A stretch of 64,000 bases of DNA from Clostridiales bacterium (GTDB lineage Bacteria; Bacillota; Clostridia; Christensenellales; CAG-314): NCBI GenBank assembly GCA_022508305.1, contig JAFLVM010000002.1, forward strand, positions 91,729 to 155,728. Direction: 5' to 3'. The first letter of the stretch is position 1, and each line of letters starts with the position of its first letter. Shown piece by piece: positions 1 through 9,408 of this stretch. The notes below the pieces were generated by a model. That model was not told where the DNA came from. It was given only the letters and a program-made list of their open reading frames with translations, and searched no databases. A program made the translations under genes and the position numbers.

Positions 1-197
1 TGAGTTGTTTCGCTACCGTGACCTTCGCACTTATCTGCGCAAACTTTGTCCTCGCAGGTTGCGTCTGTGCACTTGTGGCAAGTTTCACATACGTGTCCGC
101 ACTCGTGAGGTTCAGCGCAAGCTGCAATAGCTGCAACGAACGTGAACAACATTGCTACAACAACCAAAAGAGCTACAATTTTCTTTGTTTTTGTCAT
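1..197 (-). CDS. Cys-rich secreted lipoprotein, N-terminal fragment (gene continues beyond the left edge)
   Basis: Absent from the ORF track because it has no stop in the window. The reverse strand reads GGAG, about 10 nt, then ATG (197..195), giving MTKTKKIVALLVVVAMLFTFVAAIAACAEPHECGHVCETCHKCTDATCEDKVCADKCEGHG. It has a signal peptide with lipobox IAAC followed by dense Cys/His. It is open to position 1. Confidence 0.6.
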   Translation of the reverse strand, partial: MTKTKKIVALLVVVAMLFTFVAAIAACAEPHECGHVCETCHKCTDATCEDKVCADKCEGHGSETT

Positions 198-363
198 TGT
201 TTTGTTTCTCCTTATAAAAATTTTTAAATTAAAAAAAGCGCAACGTACTTCTAACCGAAGAATTTGCGGCGCTTAAATTACAAAACTGTTCAATTCGTCA
301 CAGGTACAGCATTGCGTTAAATAAGTGTGAGTTATTATAGTCAAACCAACTTCGTTTATTCGC

Positions 364-392
364 TTGACAACATCTATAGTTATATTTATAAT
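364..392 (+). promoter_or_regulatory. SigA-type promoter for rplM-rpsI
   Basis: TTGACA (364-369), 17-nt spacer, TATAAT (387-392). It lies about 120 nt upstream of the rplM start, leaving a structured-looking leader. Confidence 0.6.
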
Positions 393-515
393 AATAAGGC
401 TGTGAGCAATTCGGCAAGGTATTTTAAGCTCTGCCTTGTTTAAACCGCATTTCCACTTGGCGGTAATTGTTCAACCGTGAACAGCAACTAATCTTAAATT
501 TCAGGAGAAACAACA

Positions 516-950
516 ATGGTAAAGACTTTTATGGCTAAAAAGGAAGCCGTTGAAAGAAAATGGTACGTAGTAGACGCTGCCGGCAAGCCCCTTGGACGTG
601 TGGCAAGTCAAGTAGCAAGCGTTCTGCGCGGAAAGCACAAGCCCACATTCACCCCTCACGTAGACTGTGGCGATCACGTAATCGTCATCAACTGCGACCA
701 AGTGGTGTTGACTGGTAACAAATTGCAACAAAAAATGTACGTTCGCCGTTCGCCCAGACCCGGTCACCTCAAGCAAACCAAGTACGCTAAGCTTTTGGCT
801 GAAAGAAGTGACTTTGCCGTGATGCACGCCGTAAAAGGCATGCTTCCTCACAACAGTCTCGGCAGAAAGATGCTCACAAAACTTCGCGTTTACAAGGGCG
901 CAGAACACAAGCACGAAGCGCAACATCCCGAAGTGCTGGTGTTGGACTAA
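516..950 (+). CDS. rplM: 50S ribosomal protein L13
   Basis: 144 aa. [19 protein letters not shown]...[21 protein letters not shown] is the L13 signature. SD AGGAG at 503-507. Confidence 0.97.
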   Translation: MVKTFMAKKEAVERKWYVVDAAGKPLGRVASQVASVLRGKHKPTFTPHVDCGDHVIVINCDQVVLTGNKLQQKMYVRRSPRPGHLKQTKYAKLLAERSDFAVMHAVKGMLPHNSLGRKMLTKLRVYKGAEHKHEAQHPEVLVLD

Positions 951-964
951 GGAGGGTATGAACA

Positions 965-1375
965 ATGGCAAAGGCAAAAGCAACTAAAAAAGTTCAATTT
1001 TGGGGAACTGGCAGAAGAAAGAAGTCCATCGCTCGCGTAAGACTTATTCCGGGTGGCACTGGCGCTATCACCATCAACAAGCGTGATATCGACAACTACT
1101 TCGGTCTTGACACGTTGAAGTACATCGTCCGTCAACCCTTGAACGCTACGGAAACTCTCAACAAGTACGACGTAGTAGTAAACGTTAGCGGCGGCGGTTA
1201 CACAGGACAGGCAGGCGCAATTCGTCACGGTATTTCCCGCGCGTTGGTTATCGCAGGCGAAGACAAGGCAATCTTGAAGAAAAACGGATTCTTGACCCGT
1301 GACCCCCGTATGAAGGAAAGAAAGAAGTACGGCTTGAAGAAGGCTCGTAAAGCTCCTCAATTCAGCAAGAGATAA
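965..1375 (+). CDS. rpsI: 30S ribosomal protein S9
   Basis: 136 aa ending in the typical S9 tail [12 protein letters not shown]. Starts 14 nt after rplM, the canonical rplM-rpsI operon arrangement. Confidence 0.97.
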   Translation: MAKAKATKKVQFWGTGRRKKSIARVRLIPGGTGAITINKRDIDNYFGLDTLKYIVRQPLNATETLNKYDVVVNVSGGGYTGQAGAIRHGISRALVIAGEDKAILKKNGFLTRDPRMKERKKYGLKKARKAPQFSKR

Positions 1376-1404
1376 TCTTTCAACATCTTTACAATTCAAA
1401 TCAA

Positions 1405-1432
1405 AAACCTCGGCTTACGTCCGAGGTTTTTA
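1405..1432 (+). terminator. Rho-independent terminator of rplM-rpsI
   Basis: ACCTCGG (1407-1413), 7-nt loop, CCGAGGT (1421-1427), followed by TTTTTAT. Confidence 0.8.
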
Positions 1433-1516
1433 TGTCAATAGTGTAAAGGAAAATGCAATATTTTACAAGTTACGCTTGTGTAACTGAGTTAACATAGAGT
1501 AACACAAAGGAGAATT

Positions 1517-2425
1517 ATGAAAAAAGTTGCAATCATAGGCGGTGGCGTTGCAGGACTGTCCGCGGCTGTTTACGCATTGCGTAGCGGAGCCGAAGTGACC
1601 TTGTTTGAACAGTTTGGTTTGGGCGGACTTGTGGCAACCATCGACAAGATAGAAAACTACCCGTCATACGTGTCTGTTGAGGGTTGGAAGCTTGCAAGCG
1701 ACATGGCTGCTCAGGCAAAAGCGCTTGGGCTTAAAACCCTTCGTCAAAAGGTGCTGTCGCTCACAAAGAACGGCGACAGTTTCATTGTCACAACCGACAA
1801 GGGCGAACAGGAATTCCCCGCTGTTGTAATTGCTACGGGAACGGCGCACAACAAGCTTGGCATTGAAGGCGACCTTGTAGGTAAGGGCGTCAGCTACTGC
1901 GCAACCTGCGACGGCGCATTCTACCGCGACTGTCCTGTGGTAGTCGTTGGCAGCGGAAGCATTGCCGTAAACGAGGCAACTTACCTTGCCGATTTGTGCA
2001 GTACTGTCTACGTTGCCGTTGCTCAAGCAGAATTTACGGCAGAAGAAAGGGCAGTAAACAACTTGCTTGAAAAAAGTAACGTCAAGCCACTGTACAAGAC
2101 GACGGTTGCGGAAATTGTAGGTGACGACGTTGTCAAGTCCGTCAAGGTTTTCAGTGATGGCAAATTGCAGGAGCTTGATGTGAACGGCGTGTTTGTGGCA
2201 ATTGGCGCAGCACCCGTAACCGACTTCGTACAAATTGAAGGCGTGGAAATGCAACGCGGCTACGTCGTGGTGGACGGCAGGTGTGAAACGACCGTCAAAG
2301 GTCTGTTTGCCGCCGGCGACGTCACCAATGGCGCGTTGAAACAAATCGTCACCGCATGCGCGGACGGAGCAAAGGCAGGCAGTTTTGCTTCTGCTTATTC
2401 GGCAGTTATAATAAACAAAAAATAA
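1517..2425 (+). CDS. trxB: Thioredoxin-reductase-family flavoprotein (TrxB-like, NADPH-binding motif not conserved)
   Basis: 302 aa. Has the FAD motif IIGGGVAGLSAA and the redox-active VSYCATCDGAFY. The second dinucleotide motif reads VVGSGSIAVNEA, and the position of HRRxxxR reads AVAQAEFTAEE. SD AAAGGAG precedes the ATG. Confidence 0.85.
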   Translation: MKKVAIIGGGVAGLSAAVYALRSGAEVTLFEQFGLGGLVATIDKIENYPSYVSVEGWKLASDMAAQAKALGLKTLRQKVLSLTKNGDSFIVTTDKGEQEFPAVVIATGTAHNKLGIEGDLVGKGVSYCATCDGAFYRDCPVVVVGSGSIAVNEATYLADLCSTVYVAVAQAEFTAEERAVNNLLEKSNVKPLYKTTVAEIVGDDVVKSVKVFSDGKLQELDVNGVFVAIGAAPVTDFVQIEGVEMQRGYVVVDGRCETTVKGLFAAGDVTNGALKQIVTACADGAKAGSFASAYSAVIINKK

Positions 2426-2527
2426 TCGTTTTTCTACCCCATATTCATTTTTTGTTGAAATGGGGTGAGAAAAATCAACGAAAAAATAACGGCGTACAAA
2501 AGAAGTAACGACATTTTGGAGGTAAAT

Positions 2528-3844
2528 ATGAACTTCTTTGGTACGGACGGAATACGCGGAACTTACGGCAGTACCCTCAAGGACAGTACTGCCTTTTTGT
2601 TAGGCAAAAGCTTGGCGCTTTTAGGTGATTGTCCAATCGTCGTCATTGCTCGCGACACACGGCTTTCGGGCGACAACCTGTTCACGGCGCTTGCGCAGGG
2701 TGTGTACTCGGGCGGCGGTAACGTCATCAATCTCGGCATACTCCCGACCAACTCGGTGGGACATTTCGTTCGAAAGATGGGCGGCGACTACGGCGTTATG
2801 ATTACGGCGAGTCACAACCCTCCGTGTGACAACGGTTTGAAAGTTTTTGACAGATACGGAGTCAAACTGTGTGAGTCCAAGCAGCTCGTTGTTTCCCGAA
2901 TGATGGACAGTCTTGTTAACGAACGCGCAGAAGTGAACAAAATTTACGAGCCTGTGTTTTACGACATCGAAAACATATACTGCGACGACATGTTGAAAAA
3001 CGTTGACGTCAAGCTGCCCTTTATCAAAATTGCCTTGGACTGTTGTTACGGCGCAAGCTACCGTGTAGCCCCTTTGATTTTCAGTAAGGCGGGCGCAAAC
3101 GTTACTGCCTTTTGCAATCAGAATATCGGCGCAAAGGTCAACGTAGACTGCGGCGCAACGCATACTGAATATTTATTAAACAAGCTCAAGCAGGGAGACT
3201 ACCAACTGGGGTTCGCCTTTGACGGCGACGCCGACCGCCTTGCCGTTTTCGAGGGCGCGGAGCTTGTGCCCAACAACCGCATTTTCTACGCATTCGCCAA
3301 GTACCTTCACGAAAAGGGCAAGCTTTTAAGCAATACGGTTTGCGGCACCGTGCTTACTAACGGCGGAGTAGAACATGCGCTCAACAAACTTGGTATCAAG
3401 CTTGTACGAAGTAGCGTCGGCGACACAAACGTATTCAACAAGATGGTGGAGGAAAGTCTCAATTTTGGCGGGGAAGAAAGCGGACACTATTTGCTGTGCG
3501 ACTACGCGACCAGCTCCGACGCGCTTGTAAACGCCCTGTTTGTGAGCAAAATTTACGCCGAAAAGGGCAGTCTGCTCAAATACACCGCCGAGTGCTGTGA
3601 CAAGCCCTGCGCAACCGCCAACATTCCGATAACGCGGGCAAACCAACGGCTAACAACCAATCAAAGCTTGACTGCAACTGTCAGCCGAATCACTGCGCTT
3701 TACCCGAATTGCCGAGTAGTGCTTCGAAAAAGCGGTACGGAAAACACCGTTCGCGCCTACCTTGAGGGCGAACAGGCAAACGAAGCAATGAGCGCAGTTG
3801 TTGCCACCTTTGCGCAAAATCTTTTACCAACTGACGAAGATTAG
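2528..3844 (+). CDS. glmM: Phosphoglucosamine mutase (alpha-D-phosphohexomutase family)
   Basis: Carries the FGTDGIRG, TASHNP, FDGDADR and GEESGH motifs. ATG 2528 has SD GGAGG (2518-2522) at 5-nt spacing, so I prefer it to the GTG at 2465 used by the ORF track. Confidence 0.85.
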   Translation: MNFFGTDGIRGTYGSTLKDSTAFLLGKSLALLGDCPIVVIARDTRLSGDNLFTALAQGVYSGGGNVINLGILPTNSVGHFVRKMGGDYGVMITASHNPPCDNGLKVFDRYGVKLCESKQLVVSRMMDSLVNERAEVNKIYEPVFYDIENIYCDDMLKNVDVKLPFIKIALDCCYGASYRVAPLIFSKAGANVTAFCNQNIGAKVNVDCGATHTEYLLNKLKQGDYQLGFAFDGDADRLAVFEGAELVPNNRIFYAFAKYLHEKGKLLSNTVCGTVLTNGGVEHALNKLGIKLVRSSVGDTNVFNKMVEESLNFGGEESGHYLLCDYATSSDALVNALFVSKIYAEKGSLLKYTAECCDKPCATANIPITRANQRLTTNQSLTATVSRITALYPNCRVVLRKSGTENTVRAYLEGEQANEAMSAVVATFAQNLLPTDED

Positions 3845-3889
3845 GCTTGGGCGCACTGTAGATACGGTTTCTTGCAAAATTCAATAAGA

Positions 3890-3919
3890 GGCTCGCCCTA
3901 TTAGGCGAGCCATTTTTTT
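3890..3919 (+). terminator. Rho-independent terminator after glmM
   Basis: GGCTCGCC (3890-3897), CTATTA loop, GGCGAGCC (3904-3911), then ATTTTTTT. Confidence 0.85.
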
Positions 3920-4047
3920 GCGCCGTTGTCGAATTGGGCGAAAATTTTGACAAAATTACGGCGAAAAGTTTTCATTATGTATAGTAATACATATATTTCT
4001 ATGCTATAATATTATCGCAAAAAAGCATATATCGGGAGGAAATTTAT

Positions 4048-5241
4048 ATGCAAAGAAAAAAAGAGTGTGTAGCAATGCTCCTCGCAGGAGGACAGGGCAG
4101 CAGACTTTACGCGCTCACGAACAATATTGCAAAACCCGCAGTAGCTTTTGGCGGCAAGTATCGCATAATTGATTTTCCGCTCAGCAACTGCATCAATTCG
4201 GGAATTGACACTGTGGGCGTACTCACCCAATACGAGCCGCTTGAGCTTAACGAGTACATAGGCAACGGACAGCCGTGGGATCTCGACCGCGCATTTGGCG
4301 GAGTGCACATTCTTTCTCCCTATCAGGCGAAAAAGAAGTCGTCTTGGTACGAGGGCACGGCAAACGCCATTTACCAAAACATGAGCTTTATGCGTAAGTA
4401 CAATCCCGACTACGTGCTCATCATTTCCGGCGACCACATTTACAAGATGGACTACGCCGACATGCTTCGCTCGCACAAACGCAGCGGCGCAGCCTGCACG
4501 ATAGCGGCAATTGAGGTGCCCATTTCCGAAGCGTCGCGTTTTGGTATACTTAACACCAACGCGGACGGTTCCATCTATCAATTTGAGGAAAAACCCAAGG
4601 AACCCAAGAGTAATCTTGCGTCAATGGGTATCTACATTTTTACCGCAAGCAAGCTGTACGAGTATCTCGAGGCGGACGAGCAAAATTCATCTTCAAGCAA
4701 GGATTTCGGCAAGGACGTGTTGCCTGCAATGCTTAACGCCGGCGAAAAAATGTTCAGTTACCGTTTTAGCGGCTACTGGAAAGACGTCGGAACCGTATCT
4801 GCTCTTTGGGAATCCAACATGGATTTGCTTGGCAGAGAGCCTGCTTTCGACGTCAGCGACCCCGATTGGAAAATTCACTCGCGCAGTCCGCTTGCTCCGC
4901 CCGTATACGTTGGGCTAAAGGGTAAGGTGGACAACTCAATCATGGCGCAAGGGTGTGAAATTAACGGTTTGGTTGTCAATTCGGTTCTAAGTAGCAACGT
5001 TGTTGTGGAAGAGGGCGCAGAGGTGAAAAACAGCGTCATTATGGCTAACACCGTCATAAAAAAAGGCGCGGCAGTAAGTTTCGCTATAATTGACGAAAAC
5101 GTCGTTGTAGAAAGCGGCGCCACCGTAGGCGAGGAAACCAAATCACGCTCAATTGCCGTTTTGGGCAGAAACGTTACCGTCTCTGCAGGCGCGAAAGTTG
5201 CTGCAGGCAAGATTATCGACAAGGACTTCAAGGGGGAATAG
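4048..5241 (+). CDS. glgC: Glucose-1-phosphate adenylyltransferase
   Basis: 397 aa. N-terminal [10 protein letters not shown]...[20 protein letters not shown], a C-terminal hexapeptide-repeat region, and SD GGGAGGA upstream. Confidence 0.95.
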   Translation: MQRKKECVAMLLAGGQGSRLYALTNNIAKPAVAFGGKYRIIDFPLSNCINSGIDTVGVLTQYEPLELNEYIGNGQPWDLDRAFGGVHILSPYQAKKKSSWYEGTANAIYQNMSFMRKYNPDYVLIISGDHIYKMDYADMLRSHKRSGAACTIAAIEVPISEASRFGILNTNADGSIYQFEEKPKEPKSNLASMGIYIFTASKLYEYLEADEQNSSSSKDFGKDVLPAMLNAGEKMFSYRFSGYWKDVGTVSALWESNMDLLGREPAFDVSDPDWKIHSRSPLAPPVYVGLKGKVDNSIMAQGCEINGLVVNSVLSSNVVVEEGAEVKNSVIMANTVIKKGAAVSFAIIDENVVVESGATVGEETKSRSIAVLGRNVTVSAGAKVAAGKIIDKDFKGE

Positions 5242-5245
5242 GACC

Positions 5246-6355
5246 ATGGCAAATTCGACGTTAGGTATCATTTTTTCCAACACTCAAGATAGAAACGTTC
5301 CCGAGCTTTCCAAGGTCAGGACGATGGCGTCCATTCCCTTCGCGGGAAGATATCGCCTCATTGACTTTGCGCTGTCCAACATGGTAAACGCAGGCATAAC
5401 AGCGGTGGGAATCGTCACCAAAAACAATTATATGTCGCTAATAGACCACCTTGGCAGCGGTAAGGACTGGGATCTTGCAAGGAAGGGCGGCGGAATAATT
5501 TTGCTCCCTCCCTACAGCAGCGAGACGGAAGTGCCCTACAACACGCGCCTTGAGGCATTTAAGGGCATTTTGGATTTTCTTGCGCATCGCAGGGAGGAAT
5601 ACGTCGTCATTTACGACTGCGACGGTGTTGCCAAGATTGACATTGCCGACTTTTTGCGCTTCCACGAGGCGAACAACGCCGACGTTACCATGGCTTATCA
5701 TGAGGAAAATTCGGTTGAGGCTTATCACTACATGACTCTCAATACGGACAAGACGGGTAGAGTTACGGCATTGAACGTCAACCCGAGAGTGAACGGCAAA
5801 TTTAATTTGTACATAAACGTCATGGCAATTCGCCGCGAATTTCTTATGGACGTCATACAAAATTCCGTTCAGCGCGGCTACACAAGCTTCAGCAAGGACG
5901 TACTGGCAAAGAACGTGGACACTATCCGCATTTTCGGCTACAAATACGACGGCTATTACGCAGGTATAGACTCTTTGCAGGCGTATTACAGGCACAGCAT
6001 GGAGCAACTGGACAAGAAAGTTCGCGACGAGCTGTTTGGCGCGCGCGACGTCTACACAAAGGTACGCGATTCTGCTCCAAGCAGGTATCTTGAAGGCGCA
6101 ACGGTCACCAATTCGCTAATTTCCGACGGCTGCACAATAGAGGGCACTGTGGAAAACAGTATTTTGTTCCGCGGAGTCAAGGTGGGCAAGGGTAGCGTCG
6201 TTAAAAATTCTATAATAATGCAAAAGACGACCATTGGCTCTAACGTTTCTCTCGACTGCGTTATTACCGACAAAAACGTAGTCATCAGCGACAAGAGGCA
6301 CCTTGCGGGCTGCGAGGAACTTCCGTACTTTATCGCCAAGGGCAGAATGGTGTAA
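5246..6355 (+). CDS. glgD: Glucose-1-phosphate adenylyltransferase regulatory subunit GlgD
   Basis: GlgC paralogue (ASIPFAGRYRLIDFALSNMVNAG). ATG 5246 lies 4 nt after the glgC stop with AAGGGGGA upstream. The 5153 start in the ORF track would overlap glgC and is rejected. Confidence 0.9.
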   Translation: MANSTLGIIFSNTQDRNVPELSKVRTMASIPFAGRYRLIDFALSNMVNAGITAVGIVTKNNYMSLIDHLGSGKDWDLARKGGGIILLPPYSSETEVPYNTRLEAFKGILDFLAHRREEYVVIYDCDGVAKIDIADFLRFHEANNADVTMAYHEENSVEAYHYMTLNTDKTGRVTALNVNPRVNGKFNLYINVMAIRREFLMDVIQNSVQRGYTSFSKDVLAKNVDTIRIFGYKYDGYYAGIDSLQAYYRHSMEQLDKKVRDELFGARDVYTKVRDSAPSRYLEGATVTNSLISDGCTIEGTVENSILFRGVKVGKGSVVKNSIIMQKTTIGSNVSLDCVITDKNVVISDKRHLAGCEELPYFIAKGRMV

Positions 6356-6426
6356 TTTTGAAAGTTGCCCACCTACCACGCGACTGCATTTTCAAAAAAA
6401 TGAGATAGGGAGTTTATAATATAAAT

Positions 6427-7863
6427 ATGGCAAAAGCTAAAAAGAGAATTTTATTCGTCGCTTCCGAGGCTGCGCCCTTCATTGCAACGGGCGGTCTGGC
6501 AGACGTAATCGGTTCGCTTCCCAAGGCGCTTGCAGCAAGCAAACGCTTTGACGTAAGAGTAGTGTTGCCGCTTTACGAGGACGTAAAGGCTGAGTACCGC
6601 AAGGATTTCCGCTTTTTGGGTAGTATCAACGTGCCTCTTGCTTGGCGTAGACAGTATTGCGGCTACTTTGAGTACAAGTTGGACGGCGTAACCTTCTACT
6701 TTGTGGACAACGAGTACTATTTCAAGCGTCACGGCTGCTACGGTCACTACGACGACGGCGAGCGGTTTGCATTTTTCTCCAAGGCGGCGTGCGAGCTTAT
6801 GTCATTCGTCGGCTTCTACCCGAACGTACTGCACTGTCACGATTGGCAGGCGGCGCTTGCGGCGTTGTACCTCAAAACCTACTACTGTCACCGCAGTGAA
6901 TTCAGTCAAGTGAAAGCGGTGTTCACAATTCACAACATAGAGTATCAAGGCAAGTATTCTTTGGACATACTTGAAGACGTATTAGATATTTCCAACGCTC
7001 ACAGAGACCTTGTTGAGTACGACGGCGCGGTAAATCTCATGAAGGGCGCGATAGAGTGCTGCGAACGCGTAACTACCGTTTCTCCCACCTACGCCGACGA
7101 AATAAGATATTCCTTCTTCGCGCACGGACTTGACCCTATCATTCGTCGCAATGCCTGGAAGCTTTGCGGTATACTCAACGGAATTGATTACGACTACTAC
7201 AATCCACAAACGGATAAGGCGCTTTTTGCCAACTACTCGGCAGAGGACGTATCGGGCAAGGCAACCTGCAAAAAACAGCTGCAACGTATGCTCAATCTGC
7301 CCGAAAGAAATGGCGTACCCATTGTCGCTGTGATTAGCCGACTGGCTTCGCACAAGGGTTTGGATTTAGTCAAAGCGGTGTTAGAGGAGTTTATTGCCAA
7401 CAACGACGTACAATTCGTGTTGTTGGGTACGGGCGAGTACGAATACGAGCAGTTTTTCAGGGGTCTTGCGGCGCGTCATCCCGACAAGGTGTCGGCCAAC
7501 ATCGCATTCAACGGCGATTTGTCGCGCAAAATTTACAGTGGCGCAGACTTGTTCCTGATGCCGTCGAAAAGCGAACCCTGCGGACTTTCGCAGATGATTG
7601 CTTCCCGCTACGGAACGGTTGCCGTAGTTCGCGAAACGGGCGGACTGCAAGACAGCATCACTCCGTACGGCGCGGGCGGCAACGGGTTCACCTTCCACAA
7701 CTACAACGCGCACGACATGCTTTACGTCTTGAGGGAAGCTGTTGAACTCTTCCGCAACAAGAAGGAGTGGAACGAACTCGTAATTAAGGCGATGACTTCG
7801 GACTTTTCTTGGAGCAAATCCGCCGAAAGCTACGGACAAATGTACATCGAAATGACAAAATAA
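6427..7863 (+). CDS. glgA: Glycogen synthase (ADP-glucose type, GT5)
   Basis: 478 aa. N-terminal ILFVASEAAPFIATGGLADVIGSLPKAL and a C-terminal LMPSKSEPCGLSQM motif. Confidence 0.95.
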   Translation: MAKAKKRILFVASEAAPFIATGGLADVIGSLPKALAASKRFDVRVVLPLYEDVKAEYRKDFRFLGSINVPLAWRRQYCGYFEYKLDGVTFYFVDNEYYFKRHGCYGHYDDGERFAFFSKAACELMSFVGFYPNVLHCHDWQAALAALYLKTYYCHRSEFSQVKAVFTIHNIEYQGKYSLDILEDVLDISNAHRDLVEYDGAVNLMKGAIECCERVTTVSPTYADEIRYSFFAHGLDPIIRRNAWKLCGILNGIDYDYYNPQTDKALFANYSAEDVSGKATCKKQLQRMLNLPERNGVPIVAVISRLASHKGLDLVKAVLEEFIANNDVQFVLLGTGEYEYEQFFRGLAARHPDKVSANIAFNGDLSRKIYSGADLFLMPSKSEPCGLSQMIASRYGTVAVVRETGGLQDSITPYGAGGNGFTFHNYNAHDMLYVLREAVELFRNKKEWNELVIKAMTSDFSWSKSAESYGQMYIEMTK

Positions 7864-7888
7864 AACACCGCCACAAGGAGAATGCGTA

Positions 7889-9394
7889 ATGGACAAGCAA
7901 CGCCAATACATAGCGATAGACCTCAAGTCCTTTTACGCATCGGTGGAGTGCAGAGAACGCGGACTGGACCCGATTACTACCCATCTCGTCGTAGCAGACG
8001 AAAGCCGCACGGAAAAGACGATTTGTCTTGCCGTGTCGCCCGCCTTGAAGTCCTACGGGATTGCAGGCAGGGCAAGGCTGTTTGAGGTGGTGCAAAAGGT
8101 CAAGTCCGTTAATTCTATTCGCCGCTACAATGCTCCGAATAAGCAACTTACGGGCAAGTCGCAGGACGAAAAAGAACTAAAACGCGACCTCGGGTTAGCT
8201 TTGGACTACATTGTGGCGCCTCCACGTATGGGGTTGTACGTCGAGTACAGCACTCGGATTTTCAAAATTTATCAAAGCTACGTCGCGCCCGAGGACATTC
8301 ACGTCTATTCTATTGACGAGGTGTTTATTGACGCGACGGATTATCTCAAGATTTACAACATGACCGCGCGTGAACTTGCTACCAAAATGATAAAGGACGT
8401 TTTGGGGCAGACAGGCATCACGGCAACGGCGGGCATAGGCACCAATTTGTATTTGTGCAAGGTGGCAATGGACATAGTGGCAAAGCACATTCCCGAGGAT
8501 AAGGACGGAGTACGCATTGCCGAGCTTGATGAAATGAGTTACCGCGAAATACTTTGGGAGCACAAACCGCTTACGGACTTTTGGCGAGTGGGGCACGGTT
8601 ACGCGCGCAAACTTGAGCGGTACGGACTGTTCACAATGGGTGACGTCGCCCGCTGCTCATTAACCAACGAACAACTGTTGTACAAGTTGTTCGGTGTCAA
8701 TGCCGAGCTGCTGATAGACCACGCTTGGGGCTGGGAACCATGTACTCTTGCCGACGTCAAGTCCTACAAGCCAAGCGCGAACAGTATTAGTTCAGGACAG
8801 GTTTTGTCCACCCCATATTCATTTGAAAAGGGTAAATTGATTGTTCGCGAAATGACGGATTTGTTGGTGTTGGATTTGGTGGACAAGCATCTAAAAACCA
8901 ACCAAATGGTTCTTACCGTCGGCTACGACATTGAAAATCTTACAAATCCCGAAATTAGCAAACTGTACAAGGGGGAAATCACCGTTGACCACTACGGACG
9001 CAGAGTACCCAAGAGCGCGCACGGAACAATCAACCTCAAGGGATACACGTCCTCAACGCGACAAATAACGGACGCTGTAATGGAACTGTACGACAGAATT
9101 GTAGACAGGAATTTGCTTGTGCGCCGAATGTACGTTGTGGCAAATCACGTCTTGGACGCCAACGACGCGCCGCAAGAACGGTATCAACAGTTGGACATAT
9201 TTACAAATTACGACGAGGCGGAAGAAATCAAGGAAAGAGAAGAAGCTGCCCAACAAAAAGAAGAGAGTATGCAAAAGACGGTGCTAACGATACACAAAAA
9301 GTACGGTAAGAATTCGTTGATTAAGGGCATGAACATGGAAGAGGGCGCAACGACCGTTGAGCGCAACAACCAAATTGGCGGACACAAAAAATAG
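7889..9394 (+). CDS. Y-family (UmuC/ImpB/MucB-like) translesion DNA polymerase
   Basis: 501 aa. N-terminal YIAIDLKSFYASVECRERGLDP and YSIDEVFIDATDY (catalytic acidic residues). SD AAGGAGA. Starts 25 nt after the glgA stop with no terminator between. Confidence 0.9.
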   Translation: MDKQRQYIAIDLKSFYASVECRERGLDPITTHLVVADESRTEKTICLAVSPALKSYGIAGRARLFEVVQKVKSVNSIRRYNAPNKQLTGKSQDEKELKRDLGLALDYIVAPPRMGLYVEYSTRIFKIYQSYVAPEDIHVYSIDEVFIDATDYLKIYNMTARELATKMIKDVLGQTGITATAGIGTNLYLCKVAMDIVAKHIPEDKDGVRIAELDEMSYREILWEHKPLTDFWRVGHGYARKLERYGLFTMGDVARCSLTNEQLLYKLFGVNAELLIDHAWGWEPCTLADVKSYKPSANSISSGQVLSTPYSFEKGKLIVREMTDLLVLDLVDKHLKTNQMVLTVGYDIENLTNPEISKLYKGEITVDHYGRRVPKSAHGTINLKGYTSSTRQITDAVMELYDRIVDRNLLVRRMYVVANHVLDANDAPQERYQQLDIFTNYDEAEEIKEREEAAQQKEESMQKTVLTIHKKYGKNSLIKGMNMEEGATTVERNNQIGGHKK

Positions 9395-9408
9395 CGGAGC
9401 AGGCAAAG

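Noticed and set aside
18-227. A 69-aa + strand ORF at the left edge
   Set aside because: The opposite strand has an SD, an ATG at 197, a lipoprotein signal peptide and a Cys-rich sequence related to other genes in the window. The + strand ORF has none of these.
393-515. Whether the 120-nt rplM leader is the Firmicute L13 ribosomal-protein leader RNA
   Set aside because: I see only a weak CAAGG/CCTTG hairpin and cannot recall the consensus well enough to assert it. This needs an Rfam (RF00555) scan.
2436-2466. The hairpin ACCCCAT-N17-ATGGGGT between trxB and glmM as a terminator
   Set aside because: The loop is long, the stem is short, and no T-run follows on either strand. It is not a convincing intrinsic terminator.
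5153-5245. The N-terminal extensions suggested by the ORF track for several genes: 5153, 2465, 13803, 15051, 30140, 50622, 55240, 54735, 59264, 28549 and 23882
   Set aside because: In each case a downstream ATG or GTG has a properly spaced GGAGG-type SD, and the homology or signal peptide begins there. The extension either overlaps the previous gene or runs through a terminator.
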